Shown: in pieces, positions 56,875 to 64,000 of the stretch
Numbering within the stretch: position 1 is the stretch's first letter
Layout of the letters: each line of letters begins with the position of its first letter
IMG/VR virus record: IMGVR_UViG_3300031652_000001
Reading direction: 5' to 3' (one strand)
DNA length: 64,000 bases
Source: a virus
Made by a program: the position numbers and the translations under genes
The notes under the pieces: generated by a model
Told to the model about the DNA's origin: nothing
Database searches by the model: none
The model's input: the letters and a program-made list of their open reading frames with translations, nothing else

Positions 56875-57774
56875 TCAAAAATCGCACAATCCCCACTTCA
56901 TACAGGAAGACCTGTCCGGACTCCAAAATAACTCATACTGGACGCCCCCCCTCGACGTCTTTGACCACTCGACCACCTCATCTATCGGAGAAAAAACGGT
57001 CTTGCCCTTGACCTTTCTGGAAAAAAACGTCGGAGGAAGATAACCAAGAGACTCAAACGTCTCCCCTTTTGCAGCATACCTATCCCGAGCAAGCTTCTCC
57101 ACCTTGCCCTCTATCTCCCTTATTAACGATATTTTCTCCGGAGACATCTCAGACACAAGACGGATCTCGTCTTTCCTGGCAAAAATACACGGCCAACACC
57201 CAACCCGCTTCACCCCTTTCGTATACAAAGAATTCGGTGGAATGTTGTGTCTCTTGTGAATGGCGATGACATCATCCTCTGTCCAAGTGATCATCGGCCT
57301 CCAGGTGTCCACCCAATCAACGTCCTCCCACTCCTCAAGTTTCGATCTCGCTTTCGATTCAGCAGCTCGAACACCAACAGCGTTTACGATCTTGTCCTCC
57401 CCAAAGACCTCCTCAACCCAAGCCATGAATGGATAGATCTTCAAGCTCTGAGTACAGAACCGATTCATCCTCCCAGGAAACATCCCCTTCGACAAAATTA
57501 ATTCTTCCATGCCAAACCGTGGTTTTATCCACTCAATGTCACAGATTGTCTTGCTCAAAACATCACGGATATAGTCGTCCGTCGACGGATGTTCCCACCC
57601 CGTATCCATATGGACAGCCCGATATTCAATGCCAAGCTCCTTCAGAAGCAAACAAAGCGCTGTCGAATCCTTACCGCCTGATACACTGGCAACAACAGGA
57701 CGGCCATTCACCCTACCAATGTCCATATGCTCACCCAGAAATGGAAATTCCCGCTTGCTATGCCCCTTCATCAA
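56875..57774 (-). CDS. PAPS-reductase-family (PP-loop) protein
   Basis: SGGKDS, DTGWE, RFCT..LK..P, GVRA.ES..R, RVGCWPC. Confidence 0.85.
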   Translation of the reverse strand: MMKGHSKREFPFLGEHMDIGRVNGRPVVASVSGGKDSTALCLLLKELGIEYRAVHMDTGWEHPSTDDYIRDVLSKTICDIEWIKPRFGMEELILSKGMFPGRMNRFCTQSLKIYPFMAWVEEVFGEDKIVNAVGVRAAESKARSKLEEWEDVDWVDTWRPMITWTEDDVIAIHKRHNIPPNSLYTKGVKRVGCWPCIFARKDEIRLVSEMSPEKISLIREIEGKVEKLARDRYAAKGETFESLGYLPPTFFSRKVKGKTVFSPIDEVVEWSKTSRGGVQYELFWSPDRSSCMKWGLCDF

Positions 57775-57870
57775 ACTTCTCCTCGTTTTCTTTCTTCAAC
57801 TCACACCCAGGTTGAGGATCGACAAAATATCAGGAGACCTGATACGGCCACCACACCCATAATATCGTGT

Positions 57871-58140
57871 CTAGTCTTTTTCTTTTGTCTTATATTTATG
57901 GAAAGGACTTTTTACAATATCAAAAGAAATCAACTGGTAATCAACAACCCTCTCAACACCATCCTCACCAACAACAGTCCTACCCTTCCCACCAATTGAA
58001 ATTGATATAGAAGCCGGTCTCCTTCTTCGAAGGTATTCGCTGTAGTGCCATATCCTGATTCTTGAAAACCACCAATATATCAAGACCAAAGATAGTAGAA
58101 GAGCACCTCCAACAATTAGCAGATCACAGAGCATTACCAA
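57871..58140 (-). CDS. Small membrane-anchored protein
   Basis: N-terminal hydrophobic helix. Confidence 0.5.
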   Translation of the reverse strand: MVMLCDLLIVGGALLLSLVLIYWWFSRIRIWHYSEYLRRRRPASISISIGGKGRTVVGEDGVERVVDYQLISFDIVKSPFHKYKTKEKD

Positions 58141-58822
58141 ACTCCAACGCCTTCTTTATCTCGAATTCCGTTTTGGTCATAAATGAATACCGGAAACCAC
58201 TTTTGTTATCCTTCAAAGCACGACACCACTTCTTCCAGTATTTCGATCTCGGAGCAACAATGTATGCCCCTCCCTCGGCGCCATATTCCGGATCATCCAC
58301 ATCCTCACAAAGAAACCGAACCACGTTTGGATTCCAGCTCGTATGACCGGCCGTCTTGTGCGCGTCGACCCACCCATCCGTGATCCCCCTCCGGACCATC
58401 TCATCCCTGAGCATATCCGCAAACCCTCCGTCTGTCCCAGGTCCTACCCCCTTGACGTTTGTATCCCTGACATTGTTCTCGGCTGCCAGGCAAGCATAGA
58501 GCCCCACCTTCAGGTCCTCTTCTGCCCTAAGATTCGCCACCAAAAGATCAACGTACTTCAACGTCAAACCGAACTTGATGCCATGAGGAAAACCATGACC
58601 AAAAAAGGCCAACACCTGCAACCCTTCTCGTTTGGAGATTTCCCCAAGGACCAGATCCCTCCTATTCGCCGGTTTGTTACCCCTCGTACAATCGACGCCG
58701 ATGAAATTTTCATCAGGTATGCCGTAATAACGTTTGAAGGCTTTCGCCTCGGGTATAAAAGCCCCCGTCGCGTCAACTCTTCCAGGTTCGTTTTTCTTCG
58801 AATAAAAGACCAATGCTTTCAT
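58124..58822 (-). CDS. Hypothetical protein, possible His/Cys-dyad fold
   Basis: FFGHG...LYAC motifs. Confidence 0.5.
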   Translation of the reverse strand: MKALVFYSKKNEPGRVDATGAFIPEAKAFKRYYGIPDENFIGVDCTRGNKPANRRDLVLGEISKREGLQVLAFFGHGFPHGIKFGLTLKYVDLLVANLRAEEDLKVGLYACLAAENNVRDTNVKGVGPGTDGGFADMLRDEMVRRGITDGWVDAHKTAGHTSWNPNVVRFLCEDVDDPEYGAEGGAYIVAPRSKYWKKWCRALKDNKSGFRYSFMTKTEFEIKKALEFGNAL

Positions 58823-59232
58823 GAGTCATCTCCATTCTTTCTAAAAACCATCGTGGCATAATTTGATGGCCTTTCCGCCATTATGTACACATGGATTTTT
58901 ATCTCAGAACAATTCTCGTCAACAACAGCCCTCGCCGGTACACCGTGATACCTCAGACCGATGGACATGCAGTTTGCAAAAAAATGCTCCATACCTTGAC
59001 CCAATTCTCGCAAGATGTTCTCAATCTCTGCCATTGAAACAAGCTTCCGAATGGCATCAATAGAAAACTTCGCAGTAGCCCATTCTTTGAATTCCGGAGT
59101 CTTATTCAGATTCTCAAGAAAAACTACCCGTCTCGAAAAAAAACCAGTTATCTTGGCAACTACTCCATCACAAATGACCGTTTCACCAACAGAAAACTGT
59201 CCTACTCTTTTCATCTTTTTCCTATCAACCAT
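58819..59232 (-). CDS. Hypothetical protein
   Basis: GAGGT RBS; coupled. Confidence 0.55.
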   Translation of the reverse strand: MVDRKKMKRVGQFSVGETVICDGVVAKITGFFSRRVVFLENLNKTPEFKEWATAKFSIDAIRKLVSMAEIENILRELGQGMEHFFANCMSIGLRYHGVPARAVVDENCSEIKIHVYIMAERPSNYATMVFRKNGDDS

Positions 59233-59477
59233 CTCTTACCTCATAAATACATCTACAACAAAAATTCTTATCTTGTTGTTACATCAATTGAAAAAAACCG
59301 GATACCGGAGCACGTTATTCCACATGCTCCGGTTGCGACAGGCTCCGGAAAACCTACGGTCCCTTTGGACCGGCCAGTGGCCTTAATTCGGACGAAAGGA
59401 GATAGGGAATGAGGAACCCCATTAAATTTCCGAAACACTGGTCTTGTGTCGCACATAGCGCCTCCACCAGGATGCTT

Positions 59478-59678
59478 TTATCGCCAAGCCCAGAGCGCGT
59501 CCAAACCCACCTTGTCGGACGTATCAAGTGGACTGAAAGAGGACACCCCTCCAATCCCTTTATCAGGTAATCCCAAGTCTGCTCTCAATTCAAAAACTTC
59601 TTGGCGACTACTTGTTACTGAAAAATGTTTCGTGTCACTAGCCAATTTCAATATCCTATTCCACGATTCAATATCCAT
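59478..59678 (-). CDS. Small hypothetical protein
   Basis: Start MDIESW with GGAGA RBS. Confidence 0.4.
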   Translation of the reverse strand: MDIESWNRILKLASDTKHFSVTSSRQEVFELRADLGLPDKGIGGVSSFSPLDTSDKVGLDALWAWR

Positions 59679-59688
59679 GTCTTCTCCA

Positions 59689-59904
59689 TCAAGCATCAAT
59701 AATAATAGACAGAGCCTCTTTTTCTTTTTTTGAAAACCCAATAGCAAAAGAAGCAAACTCTACCGTTCTTTTGTCTATCAAGCTCTCTATACCACCCTCT
59801 ATATTGGACTTCTCAAAGACATCACCAGAATCAGGATCTCCACCACAAGCCTTCACATACGCCCTTACCCGCTTAAAGAGATCCAGTCTATCCTTTGCCC
59901 TCAT
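59689..59904 (-). CDS. Small hypothetical protein
   Basis: GGTGA RBS just after the tRNA. Confidence 0.5.
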   Translation of the reverse strand: MRAKDRLDLFKRVRAYVKACGGDPDSGDVFEKSNIEGGIESLIDKRTVEFASFAIGFSKKEKEALSIIIDA

Positions 59905-59922
59905 TGGAAATCACCATCCTTG

Positions 59923-59996
59923 TTGCGGGGGCCGGATTTGAACCGACGACCTTTTGGTTATGAACCAAATAAGCTACCAGACTGCTCTACCCCGCA
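59923..59996 (-). tRNA. Initiator-type tRNA-Met (CAT)
   Basis: GCGGGG...GTCGGTTCAAATCCGGCCCCCGCAA closely resembles bacterial fMet. Confidence 0.88.
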
Positions 59997-60145
59997 AGAT
60001 GAGTAGGATAGCTGCAACCATCCTACTCTGATAGATTTGGATCACGACTCTATCAATCGCTGCTACACCGAGAGGGAATATTACAAAAAAAAACCTCGGC
60101 CGATCCATTCCCATAGTGCCTAACCCCTCAGTCACTACATAAAGC

Positions 60146-60400
60146 CTAATGCATTACATACATGATCGCAAGGCCAATACCCGTCAATAATGAAAAAATA
60201 AAAGCCACCCTGGCAACAATATAAAATGATCTACTCATTGGAACAACCCTGTAGAAACCATACTCCTCATTCACCTCGTCCAAAACTTTTTGGACCTCAT
60301 AGGAAGACATCTTCCCCACATCAATATATTCAACTTTTCGTTCAGGACGTGGCCAAGGCTCCTGTGGCTCAACATGTTCTGGTATTAACGGATTACTCAT
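60146..60400 (-). CDS. Small protein with C-terminal TM helix
   Basis: Coupled ORF. Confidence 0.55.
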   Translation of the reverse strand: MSNPLIPEHVEPQEPWPRPERKVEYIDVGKMSSYEVQKVLDEVNEEYGFYRVVPMSRSFYIVARVAFIFSLLTGIGLAIMYVMH

Positions 60401-60563
60401 CGTTTGTATCCCATTTCATCACATATACAGACTCACCTCGACTTATAACAAACCTCCCCTTTGAGTCCTTCTCATTTCTGTCGATGTCGTCACAAGTCAA
60501 AAACACTCCATCTGGCATGGCAACATGCTCATTGAACCATTTTACAAAATCATTCTTGTCCAT
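60393..60563 (-). CDS. Small hypothetical protein
   Basis: Start MDKNDF. Confidence 0.45.
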   Translation of the reverse strand: MDKNDFVKWFNEHVAMPDGVFLTCDDIDRNEKDSKGRFVISRGESVYVMKWDTNDE

Positions 60564-60753
60564 TTTTCTTTTCCTGGTCATCCAGCCAATCACGAACCTT
60601 TTCGTGATCAACACGAGAAAACAACTGAATGGTCCCGTCATCCTTGTCGACTTGAGCACCGATAGCACCATAATGCGTATCATACATATCGTCATCAATT
60701 CCGAAAAGACCATTCAATATCCCAAGAACACCAACCTTCAACCTTTTTCCCAT
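60550..60753 (-). CDS. Small hypothetical protein
   Basis: Overlapping-coupled ORF. Confidence 0.5.
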   Translation of the reverse strand: MGKRLKVGVLGILNGLFGIDDDMYDTHYGAIGAQVDKDDGTIQLFSRVDHEKVRDWLDDQEKKNGQE

Positions 60754-61058
60754 TCATAAAGATATTTTATTGGGGGTGGTTCAGGAACAGGTGGAACCGC
60801 ATTTGGAACAATATCTGTCCACTTTGACAAATCACCATCTTCACACAGTTGATCATCTGTCCTGTTATCGATCTGTATCAACAGAACATAAGGCAAGTCG
60901 AGTTGCCCCGTGAAAGCCTTTTCGACAATACCCACTGGAGCATGCATAGCTCCAACATCAAGCTCCTCAGAGTCAACTGAAAATCCGTGGAGGAAACCGT
61001 AATAGTCAACCTCCTTCTGTTCCCTCGTCTTATAGACAATTACCCTTTTTTTCATCAA
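60738..61058 (-). CDS. Hypothetical protein
   Basis: GAGGT RBS. Confidence 0.6.
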   Translation of the reverse strand: MMKKRVIVYKTREQKEVDYYGFLHGFSVDSEELDVGAMHAPVGIVEKAFTGQLDLPYVLLIQIDNRTDDQLCEDGDLSKWTDIVPNAVPPVPEPPPIKYLYEWEKG

Positions 61059-61074
61059 TGACCTCTCAATCCAG

Positions 61075-61148
61075 CACGCCCGGCCCGACTCGAACGGGCG
61101 ACCTCCGGTTTAGGAAACCGATGCTCTATCCTGCTGAGCTACGGGCGC
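61075..61148 (-). tRNA. tRNA-Arg (CCT)
   Basis: Cloverleaf, loop TTCCTAA, D loop GGATA. Confidence 0.92.
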
Positions 61149-61160
61149 AAAAAAATAACA

Positions 61161-61469
61161 TCAAATCCTATGGCCACTCTCTCTTCCAGGATCAGCTCCA
61201 CTAATAGTGGTCCCTGGATTCATAGAGACTCTCACTGAAGAAGTCGGAACATTATGCTTATCTCGCTCAACAGCTTCCTCGCCAAAAGCAACCACGGCAT
61301 CAAACGCAACTCTCGCAAGAACATAATCCGGAGTGTTCGAGTAAGCCTCAAAACCATTCCTATTGAACAGCTCTCTGAGCTGACTCAATATTTCACGCTC
61401 GACTTCCCTCGACGGCTTCTTCCCAAACTTATCGTTGATACGTGTTTCAATTTTGTTTTCCATCTTCAA
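61161..61469 (-). CDS. Hypothetical phage protein
   Basis: L..L.N....E..SNTPD..LA motif. Confidence 0.6.
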   Translation of the reverse strand: MKMENKIETRINDKFGKKPSREVEREILSQLRELFNRNGFEAYSNTPDYVLARVAFDAVVAFGEEAVERDKHNVPTSSVRVSMNPGTTISGADPGRESGHRI

Positions 61470-61863
61470 GACCTTTTATGATTTTTTCACTGTATTTCAA
61501 AGCAAACGATGTCTCAGAATAGTTGAGACAAATCATCTTCACAGCAATCGTCGATATATCAGAAACCTTTTCGACCAATGCTGTATATCCAGTATGGATT
61601 GTCTTCCCGTGAGCAACCCTTACCCTCCAACCAGTCTGAAACGGCTTTAGTGAAACTGAAATCAAACTTTCAAAAGCATCAGAAAGCACTTCTTCAAGGT
61701 TCCACATCCCACCAAACAAAACCTCATTTATTACCCGTATCGGTACATCCTGACCCAACAATCTAATGTACTCAATAACAACAGAATGAACATCATCATC
61801 AACGATACTGTGTTCAAGAAGATCCCAATTGTAATTAATCTTTTTTGCAAAAACAGAATACAC
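61447..61863 (-). CDS. Hypothetical protein
   Basis: Start moved to GTG downstream of tRNA-Pro (GAGGTGG RBS). Confidence 0.5.
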   Translation of the reverse strand: MYSVFAKKINYNWDLLEHSIVDDDVHSVVIEYIRLLGQDVPIRVINEVLFGGMWNLEEVLSDAFESLISVSLKPFQTGWRVRVAHGKTIHTGYTALVEKVSDISTIAVKMICLNYSETSFALKYSEKIIKGLEDGKQN

Positions 61864-61878
61864 AATCACCACCTCTTG

Positions 61879-61952
61879 TCGGGACGAGAGGATTTGAACC
61901 TCCGACATCCGGTTCCCAAAACCGGCGCGCTACCAAACTGCGCTACGTCCCG
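61879..61952 (-). tRNA. tRNA-Pro (TGG)
   Basis: Cloverleaf, C1-G72, loop TTTGGGA. Confidence 0.92.
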
Positions 61953-62097
61953 AGAGGAACACCAACAGAATTCGAACCCAACGCTTTGACAATCGGTCAA
62001 CCTTGTCTCACGTAGACTGACTTTAGCCAGCCTGAACGATTCCAAACATTCCTATGATGCCCCATATTTTTTCTTCTCATTCCCCTCAGAAGGAGGA

Positions 62098-62484
62098 TTA
62101 TTCGATTTCAAAAAAATTATCCGCTCGCGCACTCGGTTTTTCAACATCAAAGTTCTCCCATGAGGGCTTTCTCCTCAAGATAAGATGGTCGCTGTTGTTA
62201 ACGGTACCACTCTTTCGAACTTCTCTTCCTATCACCCAATACAACATCGTTCCTTCTTTTATCAGATGTTGTTCGCCTTCAGCGATAGACCGAAATTTGA
62301 ACTCACCCTCAATAATCTCTGTGCTTTCGGCTCCAACTTTGTGAAGGTGTGCGATGAAAGAATCTTCGAGTACTTTCTTGATACAGCCGTCCCATTCCTC
62401 AACCAATCCACCCATCGAACGACTTTTGCCACCCCTGTAAATCACAGTAGGATTACTCTCCATTTCCCTGTTTCTTTTTCCCAA
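62098..62484 (-). CDS. Hypothetical protein
   Basis: AGGAG RBS with TTG start. Confidence 0.6.
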   Translation of the reverse strand: MGKRNREMESNPTVIYRGGKSRSMGGLVEEWDGCIKKVLEDSFIAHLHKVGAESTEIIEGEFKFRSIAEGEQHLIKEGTMLYWVIGREVRKSGTVNNSDHLILRRKPSWENFDVEKPSARADNFFEIE

Positions 62485-62656
62485 CTTATCTCCTGTTTAC
62501 ACCGTAAATAAACTCAGCCGGAGTGTCCACTTATCAAAACGACTAAATACCCTGTCCAGAACCGTCCAAAGGTAATCTGCTTGCCTGACAAGCCACGAAC
62601 TATCGCCCCCGGCCTGAACCCCCGGAAGGACCTTTCGGTAGTCCCAGAAGCTCTTG

Positions 62657-62824
62657 TGGGCCAAGCAGGATTCGAACCTGCACAGATGCTCTGATGTTGG
62701 TATTCCCTGGTACGCGACTGTCCACCGATAGAATACCCATTTTCCAGTCAGCTTCAACACGCATCGATTCAGCATCTTATCCAACACGTCACCAGTTAGC
62801 GTCTACCTTTTCCGCCATTGGCCC
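62657..62824 (-). ncRNA. 168-nt tRNA-like RNA with a large structured insert
   Basis: GGGCCAA/TTGGCCC-A acceptor, Leu-like D arm, perfect T arm; ~115 nt replace the anticodon and V arms. Confidence 0.75.
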
Positions 62825-62827
62825 ATT

Positions 62828-62974
62828 CTATCGAAGATCTTCCAGTGGATCGTCGTATTCTCCAAGCACCCAACCGAGAGCACTGGCGACACCATCCAGA
62901 AAGGCATCATCCTCGTTCTCTTCTCTCATCTTCAATGCCTCTTCGTAAATCCTCTGAATATCTGGTCTGTCCAT
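62828..62974 (-). CDS. Small acidic protein (48 aa)
   Basis: GAGGTGG RBS; MDRPDIQRIYEE...GVASALGWVLGE. Confidence 0.55.
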   Translation of the reverse strand: MDRPDIQRIYEEALKMREENEDDAFLDGVASALGWVLGEYDDPLEDLR

Positions 62975-62990
62975 TTACCACCTCATTTTG

Positions 62991-63376
62991 AGGACACGCC
63001 GGGAATCGAACCCGGGTCCGAATATCGTCATCGGCATGAATCTTCCACATGCTTGGTCTGTCAATATACCCTCATCTCAATGGCAACAGACAACCATCGA
63101 AATATTCGTTTCTGGAATATCGCTTTCGCTCGCCACTACTTACGACGTCACTGCATGCATCCCAGAAAATACAGCAGCTATCCTGTTGAAAATGACGCCC
63201 TTATGCCTACACAGGCACTCGACAATCGGACGGCTCAAGCAGCTATTTCAAACTGTTGAACAGGTGTGTTGTCTCTTTTGGCAACTGTTTTTGAGCATTC
63301 TTTTTAACCCGCTGAATACACAAAGCGGGACATGCTCCACACGGAATCATGATACCCGTCGAATCCAATCGTGCCC
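62991..63376 (-). ncRNA. ssrA: tmRNA; tag (A)AKRDNTPVQQFEIAA at 63235-63282
   Basis: GGGCACG...GGATTCGAC 5' end, G3:U70, GGAC-CCGGG-TTCGATT-CCCGG 3' end, resume context CAGTT-GCC, tag ending in AA. Confidence 0.93.
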
Positions 63377-63596
63377 ATTTCTGTGCAGAGAGCGGCCAAC
63401 ATACCCAGAGCGGCACGGATACGCTCTGATTTTCATAGTAACCAATTTGTCCAGGGACGGTCTGGTCACAATACTTGTCAGAGCTAAACTCCTAACACAT
63501 ACCATCCGCCTAAGATGGCAGTGTCGCCGAGGCTGTTCTTTGAATATGTTGACCATTCTCCACACAGAATTAAATTTCCAAAGAACCTTTTTATAG

Positions 63597-63625
63597 AAAT
63601 TACTATCCAAAATATAAGCTGTCAA
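63597..63625 (-). promoter_or_regulatory. Sigma70-like promoter upstream of the tmRNA cluster
   Basis: TTGACA-N17-TAATTT. Confidence 0.5.
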
Positions 63626-63644
63626 CTATTAAGCGAAATCAATT

Positions 63645-63980
63645 TCATATTTCAGATGCACGTTCAAGCTTCTCCGATAAGACCTTCTGAGCTGTCCTCA
63701 TAGATTTCGAAGACGAATAATGATTCGGAACATTTTTAAACAACTCATCCCACCCAGCATCAGGATGATCTTTTCGATATTCCTCAATCCTACGTCTAAC
63801 ATCCTGTGCAGGTCCTTTACCTTTTAAACACGGCAACCCACCAATACCTCCAGGAACACTACGTCTCATGATTTCTATCAGACTATCTAACCGCCAATTA
63901 CAACCCTTTATCTCTTTTATTAATGGCGCCAAAAGCTCTATAACAATTGCCCCATCAACCTTCAATATCCCAATACCCAT
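63645..63980 (-). CDS. Hypothetical protein
   Basis: 111-aa ORF. Confidence 0.5.
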   Translation of the reverse strand: MGIGILKVDGAIVIELLAPLIKEIKGCNWRLDSLIEIMRRSVPGGIGGLPCLKGKGPAQDVRRRIEEYRKDHPDAGWDELFKNVPNHYSSSKSMRTAQKVLSEKLERASEI

Positions 63981-64000
63981 TTTCTTACATCGTTCAACCC

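Noticed and set aside
59380-59440. Hammerhead ribozyme
   Set aside because: GAAA is present but the CUGANGA core is not
60001-60110. Hairpins upstream of the initiator tRNA as a separate ncRNA
   Set aside because: Isolated hairpins with no enclosing structure; could be terminator or leader elements
62497-63625. ORFs 62497..62787, 62988..63596 and 63347..63625
   Set aside because: They overlap the tRNA-like RNA and tmRNA and lack RBS support
1-64000. Stop-codon reassignment
   Set aside because: Core genes are full length in code 11 and end in TAA, TAG and TGA; no clear suppressor tRNA

Overview
64 kb of a large (jumbo-type) myovirus genome with T4-like morphogenesis genes, almost entirely on the minus strand. 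Positions 1-38.5 kb hold the virion module: baseplate, tape measure, chaperone with a -1 slippery site, two tail tubes, sheath, neck, gp23-like capsid, gp21-like protease/scaffold, gp20-like portal and terminase, the last two each carrying an HNH intein. Positions 38.5-64 kb are accessory and RNA-rich: 15 intact-looking tRNAs plus several degenerate or atypical tRNA-like elements, a tmRNA, candidate ncRNAs, an NYN RNase, a PAPS-reductase-family protein and an Asp/Thr-repeat lipoprotein. The top finding is an operon at 41.6-44.65 kb: a sigma70-type promoter, then three tandem Y-RNA-like hairpin RNAs (two carry a complete tRNA cloverleaf), then a Ro60-like vWA protein and an ARPP-like protein. 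The second is that many small unrelated proteins share two N-terminal leader families ending in L/I-x-E, which look like capsid-targeting, prohead-protease-cleaved peptides. All family assignments come from motif recognition by eye; no database searches were run.
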